Below, piece by piece: positions 1-10,462 of a stretch of DNA of 52,777 nt. The stretch lies in the NCBI GenBank assembly GCA_031389565.1, contig JANMSR010000254.1, positions 1 through 52,777 of the forward strand. Reading direction: 5' to 3'. The DNA comes from Burkholderiales bacterium. Its GTDB lineage: Bacteria > Pseudomonadota > Gammaproteobacteria > Burkholderiales > Burkholderiaceae_C. Numbering within the stretch: position 1 is the first letter of the stretch; each line of letters begins with the position of its first letter. Under the pieces are notes generated by a model, which was not told where the DNA came from, did not search any database, and saw nothing but the letters and a program-made list of their open reading frames with translations. Both the position numbers and the translations under genes were made by a program.

Positions 1-181
1 CGGCGGACTGCGCCTGCTTGCGCAGCAGCGGCGAGTCGGCCTTGAACTTGACGATCACCCGGGCCTGCGGGGTGCCGGTGGGGGTGGCGGGCGCGGTGGC
101 CGCGTGCACAGGCGGCGCCTGCCAGCTCAGCGGGGCCAGCAAGGCCAGGGCGGCAACAAGGGTGAGCAAGGGATGGCGCAT
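1..181 (-). CDS. N-terminal fragment of a secreted protein. The gene runs off the window start. A signal peptide is followed by ARVIVKFKADSPLLRKQ, which is propeptide-like.
   Basis: ATG at 181-179 on the minus strand. Translation MRHPLLTLVAALALLAPLSWQAPPVHAATAP... has a basic n-region, a hydrophobic core and an AxA-type cleavage site. The frame stays open to the window edge. Confidence 0.5.
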   Translation of the reverse strand, partial: MRHPLLTLVAALALLAPLSWQAPPVHAATAPATPTGTPQARVIVKFKADSPLLRKQAQSA

Positions 182-332
182 GGGACAACTCCGGTCGGGC
201 GGGTGCGGTGCGACCGCACGGGCAGGGTCACAACCGCGCAGTTTAGGGGCGGGGGGCGCGTGCCAGCGTGCGCGGGTACGCGGCTGCGGCGGTAAAGCTT
301 TGTTGCCGGAACCCATTTCGCGACAAGCGGAT

Positions 333-362
333 CAGAAACGAAAGAAGCCCCGCAGGGGCTTC
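333..362 (-). terminator. Rho-independent terminator downstream of gap
   Basis: Minus-strand reading is GAAGCCCC-tgcg-GGGCTTC followed by TTTCGTTTCT. It lies about 45 nt after the gap stop codon. Confidence 0.7.
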
Positions 363-407
363 TGTGGACAGCGCGCAGCGGCGTCGCCGCGCGCCTTCAG
401 CGCAGCG

Positions 408-1442
<1,035 letters not shown>

Positions 1443-1449
1443 TCAGCGT

Positions 1450-2022
1450 TCAGGGCCGGCAGCCGAGCTGGCCCCTGGACTTGTTTTCGAAGTAACCGAG
1501 CGGCGCGGCGCAATCGAGCCTGGCCGTGGGCAGCGCAGTGCCGGCCTTGGCCGTGCAGGTGAAGCTGCCGCTCTTCTTGTTCACGCCCTTGGCGTCGAGC
1601 TTCCAACCCGCGGGGCACTTCGGCGCGGCGGCTGCCGCCTTGCGCGCGGGCGCCGCTGCAGCCACCGGCGTCGCAGCGCCCACCGTGAGCATCGCCGTCT
1701 GGTTCTTGCCCACGCACTTCAAGGTCGGGAATGCCGACTTCGGCTCGATCATCAGCTTGTACTGGCCCGGCTTGGAGTAGCTGCGCGACGCGAAGAGCGG
1801 CACGTCCTTCAACTGGTTGATCTTGAAATCCTGCGTCTGCCCGTCACCGAAGTGCAAACGCACGTTGCAGTTCGGGTTGTCGGCATTGTCGAACGTGCCG
1901 GTGATCCTGACCGGCTCGCCGACCTTCACGCTCGCCGGTTCGAGCTTGATGCCCGACAGGGTTTGGGCAGCGGCCGTGCCGCAGAACACCGTCGCCGCAG
2001 CGATCGCCAGCAGTCTTTTCAT
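1450..2022 (-). CDS. Secreted hypothetical protein. It has a signal peptide, an Ig/PKD-like beta-rich N-terminal half, an Ala/Pro linker and a Cys-containing C-terminal half.
   Basis: This is the internal ATG (2022-2020) of the 567-aa track ORF. The sequence MKRLLAIAAATVFCGTAAAQ is a typical Sec signal. Upstream of this ATG the frame reads as shadow sequence over the tkt 3' end. 190 aa. Confidence 0.7.
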   Translation of the reverse strand: MKRLLAIAAATVFCGTAAAQTLSGIKLEPASVKVGEPVRITGTFDNADNPNCNVRLHFGDGQTQDFKINQLKDVPLFASRSYSKPGQYKLMIEPKSAFPTLKCVGKNQTAMLTVGAATPVAAAAPARKAAAAAPKCPAGWKLDAKGVNKKSGSFTCTAKAGTALPTARLDCAAPLGYFENKSRGQLGCRP

Positions 2023-2057
2023 GGTCGGTCTGTCCTGGAGTGGATGGGATCGGGCGC

Positions 2058-4130
2058 TCAGCGCGCCAGTACCTTGCGCACCGTGTCGGCGACGTTCTGC
2101 GCGGTAAAACCAAAGTGCTTGAACAGCGCCGGTGCCGGCGCGCTTTCGCCGTAGGTGTCGATGCCGACCACCGCGGCACAGCCGTACTTCCACCAGCCAT
2201 CGGTGACGCCCGCTTCGACCGCGATGCGCGGCAGTTTCGACGGCAGCACCTGCGACTTGTAGGCCACGCTCTGGCGGTCGAACACCGTCGTGCTCGGCAT
2301 CGAGACCACGCGCACCGCGATGCCTTGTTGCGCCAGCAGCAGTTGCGCATGCAGCGCGAGCTGGACCTCGCTGCCGGTGGCGACGATCACCGCCTGCGCG
2401 GCCTTCGCGAGGCCCACCTCGCCCGGCTCGGCCAGCACGTAGGCGCCTTGGCTGATGCTGTCGAGCGCGGCCTTGGGCAGGTAGGGCAGGTTCTGCCGCG
2501 ACAGCAGCAGCGCACTCGGCCGCGCGCGGTTGCCCAGCGCCACGGCCCAGGCCACCAGCGTTTCCACCGTGTCGGCCGGGCGCCAGACATCCAGTCCCGG
2601 GATCAGGCGCAGGCTGGCCGCGTGTTCCACGCTTTGGTGCGTGGGGCCGTCTTCGCCCAGCCCGATGCTGTCGTGGCTGAAAACATGGATCACGCGCAGC
2701 TTCATCAGCGCGGCCATGCGGATCGCGTTGCGGCTGTAGTCGCTGAAGGTGAGGAAGGTGCCGCCGTAGGGAATCAAGCCGCCGTGCAGGGCCACGCCGT
2801 TCATCACCGCGGCCATGCCGAACTCGCGCACGCCGTAGTTGATGTGGCGGCCGCCGTTCGGCGTGCCCAGGCTGTCGAAGCGCAAGGCGGTCGCGCTCGA
2901 GGTGTTGGTCAGGTTCGAGCCGGTCAGATCGGCCGAGCCGCCGAGCATCTCGGGCAGCGCTCTGGTGAAGGCTTCGAGCGCGAGCTGACCGGCCTTGCGC
3001 GAGGCCACTGTTTCGGCCTTGCTGTGCGCGGCCACGATCGCATCGACGACGGTCTGCGCAAAGCCCTTGGGCAAGTCCCCCTTCGTGCGCCGCACGAACT
3101 CCGCCGCCAACTCGGGGAACGCTGCTTTGTAGGCCGCCATCGTCGCTTCCCAAGCGGCTTCTCCCTCGGCACCGCGGGCCTTGGCGTCCCAGGCCGTGTA
3201 AGCCGGCTCGGGGATCACGAAAGGCTCGTGCGCCCAGCCGAGCGCAGCGCGTGTGAGCTTGATCTCGTCGGCACCCAAGGCCTCGCCATGCGCCTTGCCC
3301 GTGCCGGCACGATTGGGCGAGCCCTTGCCGATGCTGGTGCGGGCGACGATCAGGGTCGGCTTGTCAGCGTTGCCCTTGGCCTTGGCGATGGCGGCGTCGA
3401 CGGCCGCCACGTCGTGGCCATCGACATCGCGGATCACGTTCCAGCCGTAGGCCTCGAAGCGCTTGGCGCTGTCGTCGACGAACCAGGGCTCGACGCGGCC
3501 GTCGATGCTGATGCCGTTGTGGTCGTAGATCGCGATAAGCTTGTTCAGCTTCCAGGCCGCGGCCAGCGCCGAGGCCTCGTGGCTCACGCCTTCCATCAGG
3601 CAGCCGTCGCCGAGGAAGACATAGGTGCGGTGGTCGACCAGGGCGTGGCCCGGGCGGTTGAACTCGTGCGCCAGCAGCTTCTCGGCCAGCGCCATGCCGA
3701 CCGCGTTGGCGATGCCCTGGCCGAGCGGGCCGGTGGTGGTTTCCACGCCCGGCGTGACGCCGACCTCGGGGTGGCCGGGCGTCAAGCTGCCCAACTGACG
3801 GAAGTTGCGCAACTCGCTCATTGGCAGGTCGTAGCCGGTGAGGTGCAACAGCGCGTACAGCAACATCGAGCCGTGGCCGTTGGAGAGCACGAAGCGGTCG
3901 CGCCCCGGCCACTGCGGGTGCGCCGGGTTGTGGCGCAGGTGGCGGCCCCACAGCGCCACGGCGATCTCGGCCATGCCCATCGGCGCCCCCGGGTGGCCCG
4001 AGTTGGCTTGCTGCACCGCGTCCATCGCCAGCGCGCGGATGGCGTTGGCCATCAGCGCTTCGCGGCTGGCGCTGGTCAGGGGCGCCGGGGCGCTGGTGTC
4101 GGGGACGCGTTGGGAGTCGAGGCTGGACAT
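2058..4130 (-). CDS. tkt: Transketolase
   Basis: Motifs seen: [11 protein letters not shown], the [16 protein letters not shown]-binding motif, and the pyrimidine-binding and C-terminal domains. Start chosen at MSSLDSQ (ATG at 4130); the track ORF begins 7 codons earlier. Confidence 0.95.
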   Translation of the reverse strand: MSSLDSQRVPDTSAPAPLTSASREALMANAIRALAMDAVQQANSGHPGAPMGMAEIAVALWGRHLRHNPAHPQWPGRDRFVLSNGHGSMLLYALLHLTGYDLPMSELRNFRQLGSLTPGHPEVGVTPGVETTTGPLGQGIANAVGMALAEKLLAHEFNRPGHALVDHRTYVFLGDGCLMEGVSHEASALAAAWKLNKLIAIYDHNGISIDGRVEPWFVDDSAKRFEAYGWNVIRDVDGHDVAAVDAAIAKAKGNADKPTLIVARTSIGKGSPNRAGTGKAHGEALGADEIKLTRAALGWAHEPFVIPEPAYTAWDAKARGAEGEAAWEATMAAYKAAFPELAAEFVRRTKGDLPKGFAQTVVDAIVAAHSKAETVASRKAGQLALEAFTRALPEMLGGSADLTGSNLTNTSSATALRFDSLGTPNGGRHINYGVREFGMAAVMNGVALHGGLIPYGGTFLTFSDYSRNAIRMAALMKLRVIHVFSHDSIGLGEDGPTHQSVEHAASLRLIPGLDVWRPADTVETLVAWAVALGNRARPSALLLSRQNLPYLPKAALDSISQGAYVLAEPGEVGLAKAAQAVIVATGSEVQLALHAQLLLAQQGIAVRVVSMPSTTVFDRQSVAYKSQVLPSKLPRIAVEAGVTDGWWKYGCAAVVGIDTYGESAPAPALFKHFGFTAQNVADTVRKVLAR

Positions 4131-4287
4131 GCAGGCGGCGCACGGGCGCAAAAGTGGGAACGACGGGCAACCAAGTCAAGCCGGCGATTTTAAGCGGCGT
4201 CCCGACACCGACTTGCGTGCGGCCCACCGGACATGCCGAACCGAGCCGAGCCGGGCCACGCCGCGGCGCGGCATACACTGCGCGCCG

Positions 4288-5016
4288 ATGCAAGCCCAGC
4301 CCCCTTTTCAGCCGTCTGCGCTGATCCTGGCCGCCGGCCGCGGCGAGCGCATGCGCCCGCTCACCGACCACTGCCCCAAGCCGCTGCTGCCGGTACGCGG
4401 CAAGCCCTTGATCGAATGGCACCTCGAAGCGCTGGCCCGTGCGGGCGTGCGCCGGGTGGTGATCAATACGGCCTGGCTCGAAGAGCAGTTCCCCGCCGTG
4501 CTCGGCGACGGTGCGCGCTGGGGCTTGTCGATCCGCTACTCGACCGAAGGCCGCGACCATGGTGGCGCGCTCGATATCTCCGGCGGAATTGCCAACGCCA
4601 TGCGCTGGCTAGCGACGCGCGACGAAGACACGTTCTGGGTCGTCTCCGGCGACGTGTTCCTGCCCGGTTTCGGCTTCGACGCCGCAGCCGCCGCCCGCTT
4701 TGCGCTCAGCCGCCGGCTCGCGCACCTGTGGCTGGTGGCCAATGCCCCGCACCACCCGAAGGGCGACTTCGGCATCGATGAAGCCAGCGGCTTGGCCACC
4801 GTGGTCGACCCGCGCCGCACCTGGGCCAGCGTGGGCCTGTTCCGCGCCGAGCTGTTCGCCGGCATCACCCCTGGCACACGCCTCGCATTGCTGCCTCGGT
4901 TGGACGCCGCGCTGGCTGCCGGGCGGCTCGGTGCCGAGGCCTGGGACGGGCCCTGGACCGATGTGGGCACGGTCGAACGGCTGCAGGCCCTCAACCAAAT
5001 CGCACCATCGAAGTAG
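4288..5016 (+). CDS. murU: Nucleotidyltransferase, N-acetylmuramate alpha-1-phosphate uridylyltransferase (MurU)-like
   Basis: LILAAGRGERMRPLTDHCPKPLLPV glycine-rich NTP-transferase loop. About 243 aa. NAPHHPKGDF and the TDVGTVERL C-terminus resemble MurU. Start at the internal ATG 4288 of the track ORF. Confidence 0.75.
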   Translation: MQAQPPFQPSALILAAGRGERMRPLTDHCPKPLLPVRGKPLIEWHLEALARAGVRRVVINTAWLEEQFPAVLGDGARWGLSIRYSTEGRDHGGALDISGGIANAMRWLATRDEDTFWVVSGDVFLPGFGFDAAAAARFALSRRLAHLWLVANAPHHPKGDFGIDEASGLATVVDPRRTWASVGLFRAELFAGITPGTRLALLPRLDAALAAGRLGAEAWDGPWTDVGTVERLQALNQIAPSK

Positions 5017-5024
5017 CCAGGCAA

Positions 5025-5326
5025 GTCAGCCTGTTCGGAGCCACTGGCGAGACCGGCACCCTGGTGCTGAACCAAGCGCCGCCTCGCGCTGGGCGCGTGC
5101 GAGCGCGGGTGCGCGACGCGTCCAAGCTCGGGCCGCCCCGCGCGCAGGGTCAACGTGTGGGCATCATCAGCCTGCGCCGAGTCGCGCGGAAGTGTCGCGC
5201 GGAAGTGGCCGCGCCCGCGCGGGCGCGGCACAATCGCGGCGCCAACCGGAGGTCCGCATGGCCACTGTTCGCTCCCTGGTGGACGGCGTCGATGCCGCAC
5301 TGCCGTTTGAGGCCAAGCTGTCCTGA
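5025..5326 (+). pseudogene. Degraded remnant of an NAD(P)H-binding (NmrA/atypical SDR-like) gene
   Basis: The frame reads QVSLFGATGETGTLVLNQA...VRARVRDASKLG, a Rossmann GATGxTG N-terminus. It has no start codon and begins directly after the murU stop. Only about 300 bp remain, where about 630 bp would be expected. A 13-bp tandem duplication GTCGCGCGGAAGT x2 sits at 5181-5206. Confidence 0.4.
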
Positions 5327-5331
5327 TCCCG

Positions 5332-5865
5332 ATGCGCGTGATCGAGACACTGCGCCTGCGCTTGGAGCCGCAACTCGCGAACCATGCCGCGGCGATGTTC
5401 GCGGTGCTCAGCGACCCGGCGATCTACACCTACGAACGCGAGCCGCCCGCGTCGGTCGAGTGGCTGCACCAGCGCTACGTGAAACTCGAGACGCGGCGCT
5501 CGGCCGATGGCAGCGAGCAGTGGCTGAACTGGGTGCTGCGCCAAGCCGACGCCGACTTGTTGGGCTGTGTGCAGGCCACGGTGCAGGCCGATGGGCACGC
5601 CTTCGTCGCCTACGAGCTGGCCAGCGCGTTTTGGGGTCGCGGCCTGGCCCGTGAAGCGGTCACAGCGATGATCGATGAGCTGGTCGCGCAGTACCGCGTC
5701 CACACCCTGGTGGCGGTATTCAAGCGCGCCAATATACGCTCGCGGCGCCTGCTCGAACGGCTGGACTTCGCCGCCGCCACGGCCGAGGACGTGCAGCGCT
5801 TCAAAGTCGAGGCCGATGAAGACTTGATGCTGCGCCGTATGGCTGCTACTGTGTCCGCAAGATGA
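5332..5865 (+). CDS. GNAT family N-acetyltransferase
   Basis: 177 aa. FWGRGLAREAVTAMIDEL is an acetyl-CoA-binding motif A-like segment. The stop overlaps the next start (ATGA). Confidence 0.8.
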   Translation: MRVIETLRLRLEPQLANHAAAMFAVLSDPAIYTYEREPPASVEWLHQRYVKLETRRSADGSEQWLNWVLRQADADLLGCVQATVQADGHAFVAYELASAFWGRGLAREAVTAMIDELVAQYRVHTLVAVFKRANIRSRRLLERLDFAAATAEDVQRFKVEADEDLMLRRMAATVSAR

Positions 5866-6485
5866 AACCGATCACCTTCTGGTTAGACCCGATCTCGCCG
5901 TTTGCCTACCTGGCGTTCGAGCACCTGCCGCAGGCGCTCGAAGGCTGTAGCTATGCGGTGACCTACCGGCCGGTGCTTTTTGCCGGGCTGCTGGCGCATT
6001 GGGGCCAGAAGGGCCCGGCCGAAATCGAACCCAAGCGCGCCTGGACCTTCCGCCATGTGGCCTGGTGGGCGCAGGAGCATGGCATTGCCCTGGACATGCC
6101 CGCGACGCACCCGTTCAATCCCTTGCCGCTGCTGCGCCTGGCGATCGCGTGCGGGCCGAACCGGCGCGTCGTTGAGGCGCTGATGCGGCATGCGTGGATC
6201 GGCGGCAGCGATGCGGCCGATGCCAACCGCATCGCCGTGCTGACGCAAGCGCTCGCGCCGGCGCGCGACCCGGCCTCGGCCGAGGTGAAGAACGAGTTGC
6301 GCGCAGCCACTGTCGAAGCCATCGCCCGCGGCGTGTTCGGCGTGCCGACCTTCGAGCTCGACGGTCGCCTGTTCTGGGGTGTCGACGCGCTGCCGATGCT
6401 TCGCGCGGCGCTGCAAGGCCAGGCCTGGTTCGCGGGGCCGGCGTGGGATGAGGCGGCGCGGCCGCGGCCCGGCGTCAAGCGCTGA
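5862..6485 (+). CDS. 2-hydroxychromene-2-carboxylate isomerase family protein (DsbA-like thioredoxin fold)
   Basis: 207 aa. N-terminal FWLDPISPFAYLA and C-terminal GVFGVPTFELDGRLFWGVDALPML are typical of this family. Confidence 0.75.
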   Translation: MKPITFWLDPISPFAYLAFEHLPQALEGCSYAVTYRPVLFAGLLAHWGQKGPAEIEPKRAWTFRHVAWWAQEHGIALDMPATHPFNPLPLLRLAIACGPNRRVVEALMRHAWIGGSDAADANRIAVLTQALAPARDPASAEVKNELRAATVEAIARGVFGVPTFELDGRLFWGVDALPMLRAALQGQAWFAGPAWDEAARPRPGVKR

Positions 6486-6491
6486 CGCGGC

Positions 6492-7685
6492 TCAGCCTTT
6501 GGCGCGGCGGGCGAGGATCTCGAACGCCGGCAGCGTCTTGCCTTCGAGCACTTCGAGGAAGGCGCCACCGCCGGTGGAGATGTAGCCGATGTCACCCGCG
6601 ATGCCGTACTTGGCGATCGCCGCCAGGGTGTCGCCGCCGCCGGCAATGCTGAAGGCGGCGCTGTCGGCGATCGCGCGGGCCACGGTTTCGGTGCCGTGCG
6701 CAAACGCGTCCCACTCGAACACGCCGAGCGGGCCGTTCCAGACGATCGTGCCGGCGGCCTTCAGTTGCTCGGCGAGCCGCGCCGCGGTCTGCGGACCGAT
6801 GTCGAGGATCAGGTCGTCGGCGGCAACATCGGCGGTGGCCTTGACGCTGGCCTGCGCGTGGGCAGCGAAGGATTTCGCCACCACCACATCGGTCGGAATC
6901 GGCACCGCGGCGCCGCGTGCCCTCATGGCCTCGATCACGGCCTTGGCCTGGTCGACCAGGTCGGCCTCGGCCAGGCTCTTGCCGATCGGCAGCCCCGCGG
7001 CGAGCAGGAAGGTGTTGGCGATGCCGCCGCCGACGATCAGCCCGTCGACCTTGGCGGCCAGACTTTGCAGGATCGTCAGTTTGGTGCTGACCTTGGAGCC
7101 GGCGACGATCGCCAGCAGCGGGCGTTTCGGATGCGCCAGCGCCTTGGTGATCGCGTCGATCTCGGCAGCCAGCAGCGGGCCGGCGCAGGCCACCTTGGCA
7201 AACTGGGCGATGCCGTAGGTGCTGGCCTCGGCACGGTGCGCGGTACCGAAGGCGTCGTGCACGAAGATGTCGCAGAGCGCCGCCATCTTGCGGGCCAGCG
7301 CCTCGTCGTTCTTCTTCTCGCCCGGGTTGACACGGCAGTTCTCCAGCAGCACCACCTGGCCGGGATCCACGTCCACGCCGTCGACCCAGTTCGCGCGCAG
7401 CGGCACTTCGCGGCCGAGCAGTTCGCCCAAGCGCGCCGCCACCGGGGCCAGCGAATCCTCGGCATTGAACGCGCCTTCGGTCGGCCGGCCCAGGTGCGAA
7501 GTGACCATCACCGCCGCGCCGGCGTCGAGCGCCATGCGGATGCACGGTAGCGAGGCGCGGATGCGGGTGTCTTCGCTGATCTGCCCGCTGTCGTCCAGCG
7601 GCACGTTGAGATCGGCGCGGATGAAAACGCGCTGCCCGGCAACGCGGCCATGGGCGATGAGGTCGGTGAATCTGAGGACGTTCAT
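6492..7685 (-). CDS. pgk: Phosphoglycerate kinase
   Basis: 397 aa. Motifs seen: [10 protein letters not shown]-terminus, [18 protein letters not shown]. Confidence 0.97.
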   Translation of the reverse strand: MNVLRFTDLIAHGRVAGQRVFIRADLNVPLDDSGQISEDTRIRASLPCIRMALDAGAAVMVTSHLGRPTEGAFNAEDSLAPVAARLGELLGREVPLRANWVDGVDVDPGQVVLLENCRVNPGEKKNDEALARKMAALCDIFVHDAFGTAHRAEASTYGIAQFAKVACAGPLLAAEIDAITKALAHPKRPLLAIVAGSKVSTKLTILQSLAAKVDGLIVGGGIANTFLLAAGLPIGKSLAEADLVDQAKAVIEAMRARGAAVPIPTDVVVAKSFAAHAQASVKATADVAADDLILDIGPQTAARLAEQLKAAGTIVWNGPLGVFEWDAFAHGTETVARAIADSAAFSIAGGGDTLAAIAKYGIAGDIGYISTGGGAFLEVLEGKTLPAFEILARRAKG

Positions 7686-7723
7686 GGCGCGATTCTAGGA
7701 GTCACCAGCCAAGCCAGGCCGCT

Positions 7724-7766
7724 CCCAAGCCTGTCCTGAGACGCGTCGAAGGGCGGCCTGAGCGCC
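7724..7766. repeat. REP-like intergenic repeat, copy 1 (inverted relative to copy 2 at 44312-44355)
   Basis: The reverse complement GGCGCTCAGGCCGCCCTTCGACGCGTCTCAGGACAGGCTTGGG nearly matches GGTGCTCAGCCCGCCCTTCGACAGGGCTCAGGACAGGCTTGGGG at 44312. Both copies create spurious ...PPFD..QDRLG... ORF segments. Confidence 0.75.
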
Positions 7767-7794
7767 CGAGGACCCGAGGGCCACCCAGGGGCCG

Positions 7795-7998
7795 TCAATC
7801 GGCGAGTACGAACGTGACCTTCAGGATCACCTTGTAGCCCGTGATCTTGCCCTTGTCGACCATCACTTCCTGGTCCTGGACCCACGCGCCTTTGACGTTC
7901 TTCAGTGTCTTGTTGGCGCGCGCCACACCTTGCGTCACGGCGTCGTCAAAGCTCTTCTTGCTGATGCTCGAAATCTCGGTAATGCGGGCAACGCTCAT
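7795..7998 (-). CDS. Dodecin family (small flavin-binding) protein
   Basis: 67 aa, MSVARITEISSISKKSFDDAVTQGVARANKTLKNVKGAWVQDQEVMVDKGKITGYKVILKVTFVLAD. Length and the beta-alpha-beta-beta pattern match dodecins. The upstream part of the 118-aa track ORF looks like shadow frame. Confidence 0.7.
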   Translation of the reverse strand: MSVARITEISSISKKSFDDAVTQGVARANKTLKNVKGAWVQDQEVMVDKGKITGYKVILKVTFVLAD

Positions 7999-8233
7999 GG
8001 TCAACTGCTCCAGTGGTCGCGGCGGCGCCGCGGGGCTGTGGAGTGTGCCGGCGCCGCGCCGCAAGTCAAGGTTGACGCTGGCGCACATCGCCGCTGCCGA
8101 CGATCGGCACCTCGAGCCTGGCGGCGCGGCCACTGGTCTGCACGCCATCATCGATCAAGCTGCCACGATGCCGCACCGAGCTCAGCGTGTCGTGCGCCAC
8201 GCCACAGGCTGCGGCCACGCCCGACAGAACGCT

Positions 8234-8590
8234 TCAGGTGTCGTGCTTCTTGTTCTTGCTCGGCTTCTTGGCCGCGCTGGCGCCGGGCGCGGGCTCTTCG
8301 GCCTTCTTGGCCTTCTCGGCGGTCTCGGCCATCTCCGGTTTCTCCGGCTTCTCCGGCTTCTCCGCCAATTCGGCAGTCACGCCGCCCTGCGGCGCCACGG
8401 CCTCGATCTTGTTCTCGCGCATGTAGTCGTTCATCTCGCGCCAGCCGGCGAACTGCGCGGCTTTGTCGCCGCGCTTGTTCAGTGCGAAGCAGTCTTCGAT
8501 GGCGCGACCGGCATGGCGGCAGGCGCCACCGATGGCCTTGCCTTCGGCTTCCTTGCGCGCGGCCAGCGCCTCGGGCGGCTCGCAGCCCAT
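8234..8590 (-). CDS. Small conserved hypothetical protein with a Lys/Glu/Pro-rich tail (EKPEKPEKPE). It is probably the mature part of a lipoprotein whose signal peptide sits in another frame.
   Basis: The 118-aa frame has sensible composition. A lipobox LAGC lies in-frame just upstream of the ATG, but that frame is closed by TGA at 8638-8636. A separate ATG at 8657 encodes MPRSFHLTVLLAPLALA in the +1 shifted frame. Confidence 0.6.
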   Translation of the reverse strand: MGCEPPEALAARKEAEGKAIGGACRHAGRAIEDCFALNKRGDKAAQFAGWREMNDYMRENKIEAVAPQGGVTAELAEKPEKPEKPEMAETAEKAKKAEEPAPGASAAKKPSKNKKHDT

Positions 8591-8731
8591 CAGTTGGCAG
8601 CCGGCGAGCCAGCGCCAGCGGCGCGAGCAGGACAGTCAGGTGAAAGGATCGGGGCATGGCGTCACGCACGTGGGGCTGTACTGCCGTTATCGGCGGCGCC
8701 GCGGCCCAACTTGAGTGGCGCCCCCGGTGCC

Positions 8732-9673
8732 TCAGCGCGAGGCCAGGAACGCGGCGACGGCCAGCCGCCGGCCGCCGGGGCGCTGCAATTCGAGCAGGGC
8801 CAATGCCTGGCCGTCGCCGCAGGCCACCTGCAGCCCGTGGGCATCGGCCTCGACCGTGCCCGGCCGAGCGCCGAAGCCGGCATTCACCTTGGCGCGCCAG
8901 AGCTTGACCGTGTGGCCCTCGAGATCGAAGCTGCAGCCGGGCTGCGGGTCGAAGGCGCGCAGCCGGCGTTCGATCTCGGCGGCCGGGAGCAGCCAGTTGA
9001 TCGCGCCTTCGGCCTTGGCCAGTTTGTGCGCATAGGTCACGCCGTCGGCGGGCTGCCGCGTGGGCAACAGCGCGGCGCACGCCGCGTCGGTGAGCGCCTG
9101 GACCACCAGCGTCGCGCCGAGATCAGCCAGGCGAACTTGCAGGCTGGCCGCGGTGTCGTCGGCACGGATCGGTTCGCGACCGACCCGCAGCATGTCGCCC
9201 GTGTCGAGGCCGACGTCCATCTGCATGATGGTGATGCCGGTTTCGGCGTCTCCGGCTTCGATCGCGCGCTGGATCGGCGCCGCGCCGCGCCAGCGCGGGA
9301 GCAGCGAAGCGTGGATGTTCAGGCAACCCAGCCGCGGCAGCGCGAGCAGCCACGGCGGCAGGATCAGGCCGTAGGCCGCGACCACGATCACGTCGGGGCG
9401 CGCGGCCCGCAGCGCCGCCTGCGCGGCCTGGGCATCGGCGGCAAAGCGGCCGTCGAGTTTCAGGCCCTGCGGCTGTGCCACGAGCACGCCGTGTTGCTGC
9501 GCGAACTGCTTGACCGCCGAGGCCTGCAGTTGGAGGCCGCGCCCCGCCGGGCGGTCGGGCTGGGTCAACACCAGTGGCACCGTGATGCCTGCGCTATGGA
9601 GGGCGGCCAGCGCAGTGGCGGCAAAGGCCGGTGTGCCGGCAAAGGCCACGCGCAAAGCGCGCGCATCACTCAT
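8732..9673 (-). CDS. fmt: Methionyl-tRNA formyltransferase
   Basis: 313 aa. Motifs seen: [10 protein letters not shown]-terminus and [18 protein letters not shown]. It overlaps the def stop, in the classic def-fmt operon arrangement. Confidence 0.95.
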   Translation of the reverse strand: MSDARALRVAFAGTPAFAATALAALHSAGITVPLVLTQPDRPAGRGLQLQASAVKQFAQQHGVLVAQPQGLKLDGRFAADAQAAQAALRAARPDVIVVAAYGLILPPWLLALPRLGCLNIHASLLPRWRGAAPIQRAIEAGDAETGITIMQMDVGLDTGDMLRVGREPIRADDTAASLQVRLADLGATLVVQALTDAACAALLPTRQPADGVTYAHKLAKAEGAINWLLPAAEIERRLRAFDPQPGCSFDLEGHTVKLWRAKVNAGFGARPGTVEADAHGLQVACGDGQALALLELQRPGGRRLAVAAFLASR

Positions 9674-10188
9674 CCTGCGCGCTGCGCTTCGTCGCGCATC
9701 TTCTTCAGCATCTTGGTCTTGATGCGGCCGCGCTTCAACGGGCTCAGGTACTCGACGAACACCTTGCCCAGCAGGTGATCCATCTCATGCTGCACGCACG
9801 CCGCCTCCAGCCCCTCGGCCTCGAATTCGCTCGGCTGGCCATCGCGGCCGAGGGCGCGCACCGTGACGCGGGCGTGGCGCGGCACCTTGTCATAGATCGT
9901 CGGCACGGACAGGCAACCTTCGTCGCCGAAGACCATCTCTGCGCTGCGTGCCAGCAGCAGCGGATTGATCAGTACGCGCGGTCGGTCGCGGCTGTCGGAG
10001 GTGTCGATCACGATCACGCACTCGTGCACATCGACCTGGGTCGCGGCCAGGCCCACGCCGTCGGCGTCGTACATCGTGGCCAACATATCGTCGACCAAGG
10101 TGCGGACGCGCGCGTCGACGGCGAGCACCGGCTTGGCCACCGTGTGCAGGCGCGGGTCAGGGTAGCGGAGGATGGGCAACAGACTCAT
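9670..10188 (-). CDS. def: Peptide deformylase
   Basis: Motifs seen: [16 protein letters not shown] and the HEMDHL metal-binding motif. Start chosen at [14 protein letters not shown] (ATG at 10188). Confidence 0.95.
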   Translation of the reverse strand: MSLLPILRYPDPRLHTVAKPVLAVDARVRTLVDDMLATMYDADGVGLAATQVDVHECVIVIDTSDSRDRPRVLINPLLLARSAEMVFGDEGCLSVPTIYDKVPRHARVTVRALGRDGQPSEFEAEGLEAACVQHEMDHLLGKVFVEYLSPLKRGRIKTKMLKKMRDEAQRAG

Positions 10189-10462
10189 GGTTCGTGAAAA
10201 ACCGCACACGCCAGCGGGCTCGGGCCAAGCGTGCGCAATGTGGACCTGCGGGGTTCGTGAAAGGCGCCACGCCGAGCGATTGCACGAGGCACTTTCATTG
10301 CGATATCAAGGGTTTAGAGGCAGAATCTGCCAAACCGTATGAGCATTTTCGCCGGCTTGCCGCAGGGCTGCCGACGGGGTGCTTAAAGACCTCGAAGACC
10401 TGACAACGGCACCATTTTCTCATCGCTGCCAGCGCCAGCAGCGGCCCGGGGAGACTCTGTTC

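Noticed and set aside
1450-3153. 567-aa ORF spanning the secreted-protein gene and the 3' part of tkt
   Set aside because: Only the last 190 codons, from the ATG at 2022 with its Sec signal, look coding. The upstream part overlaps transketolase out of frame.
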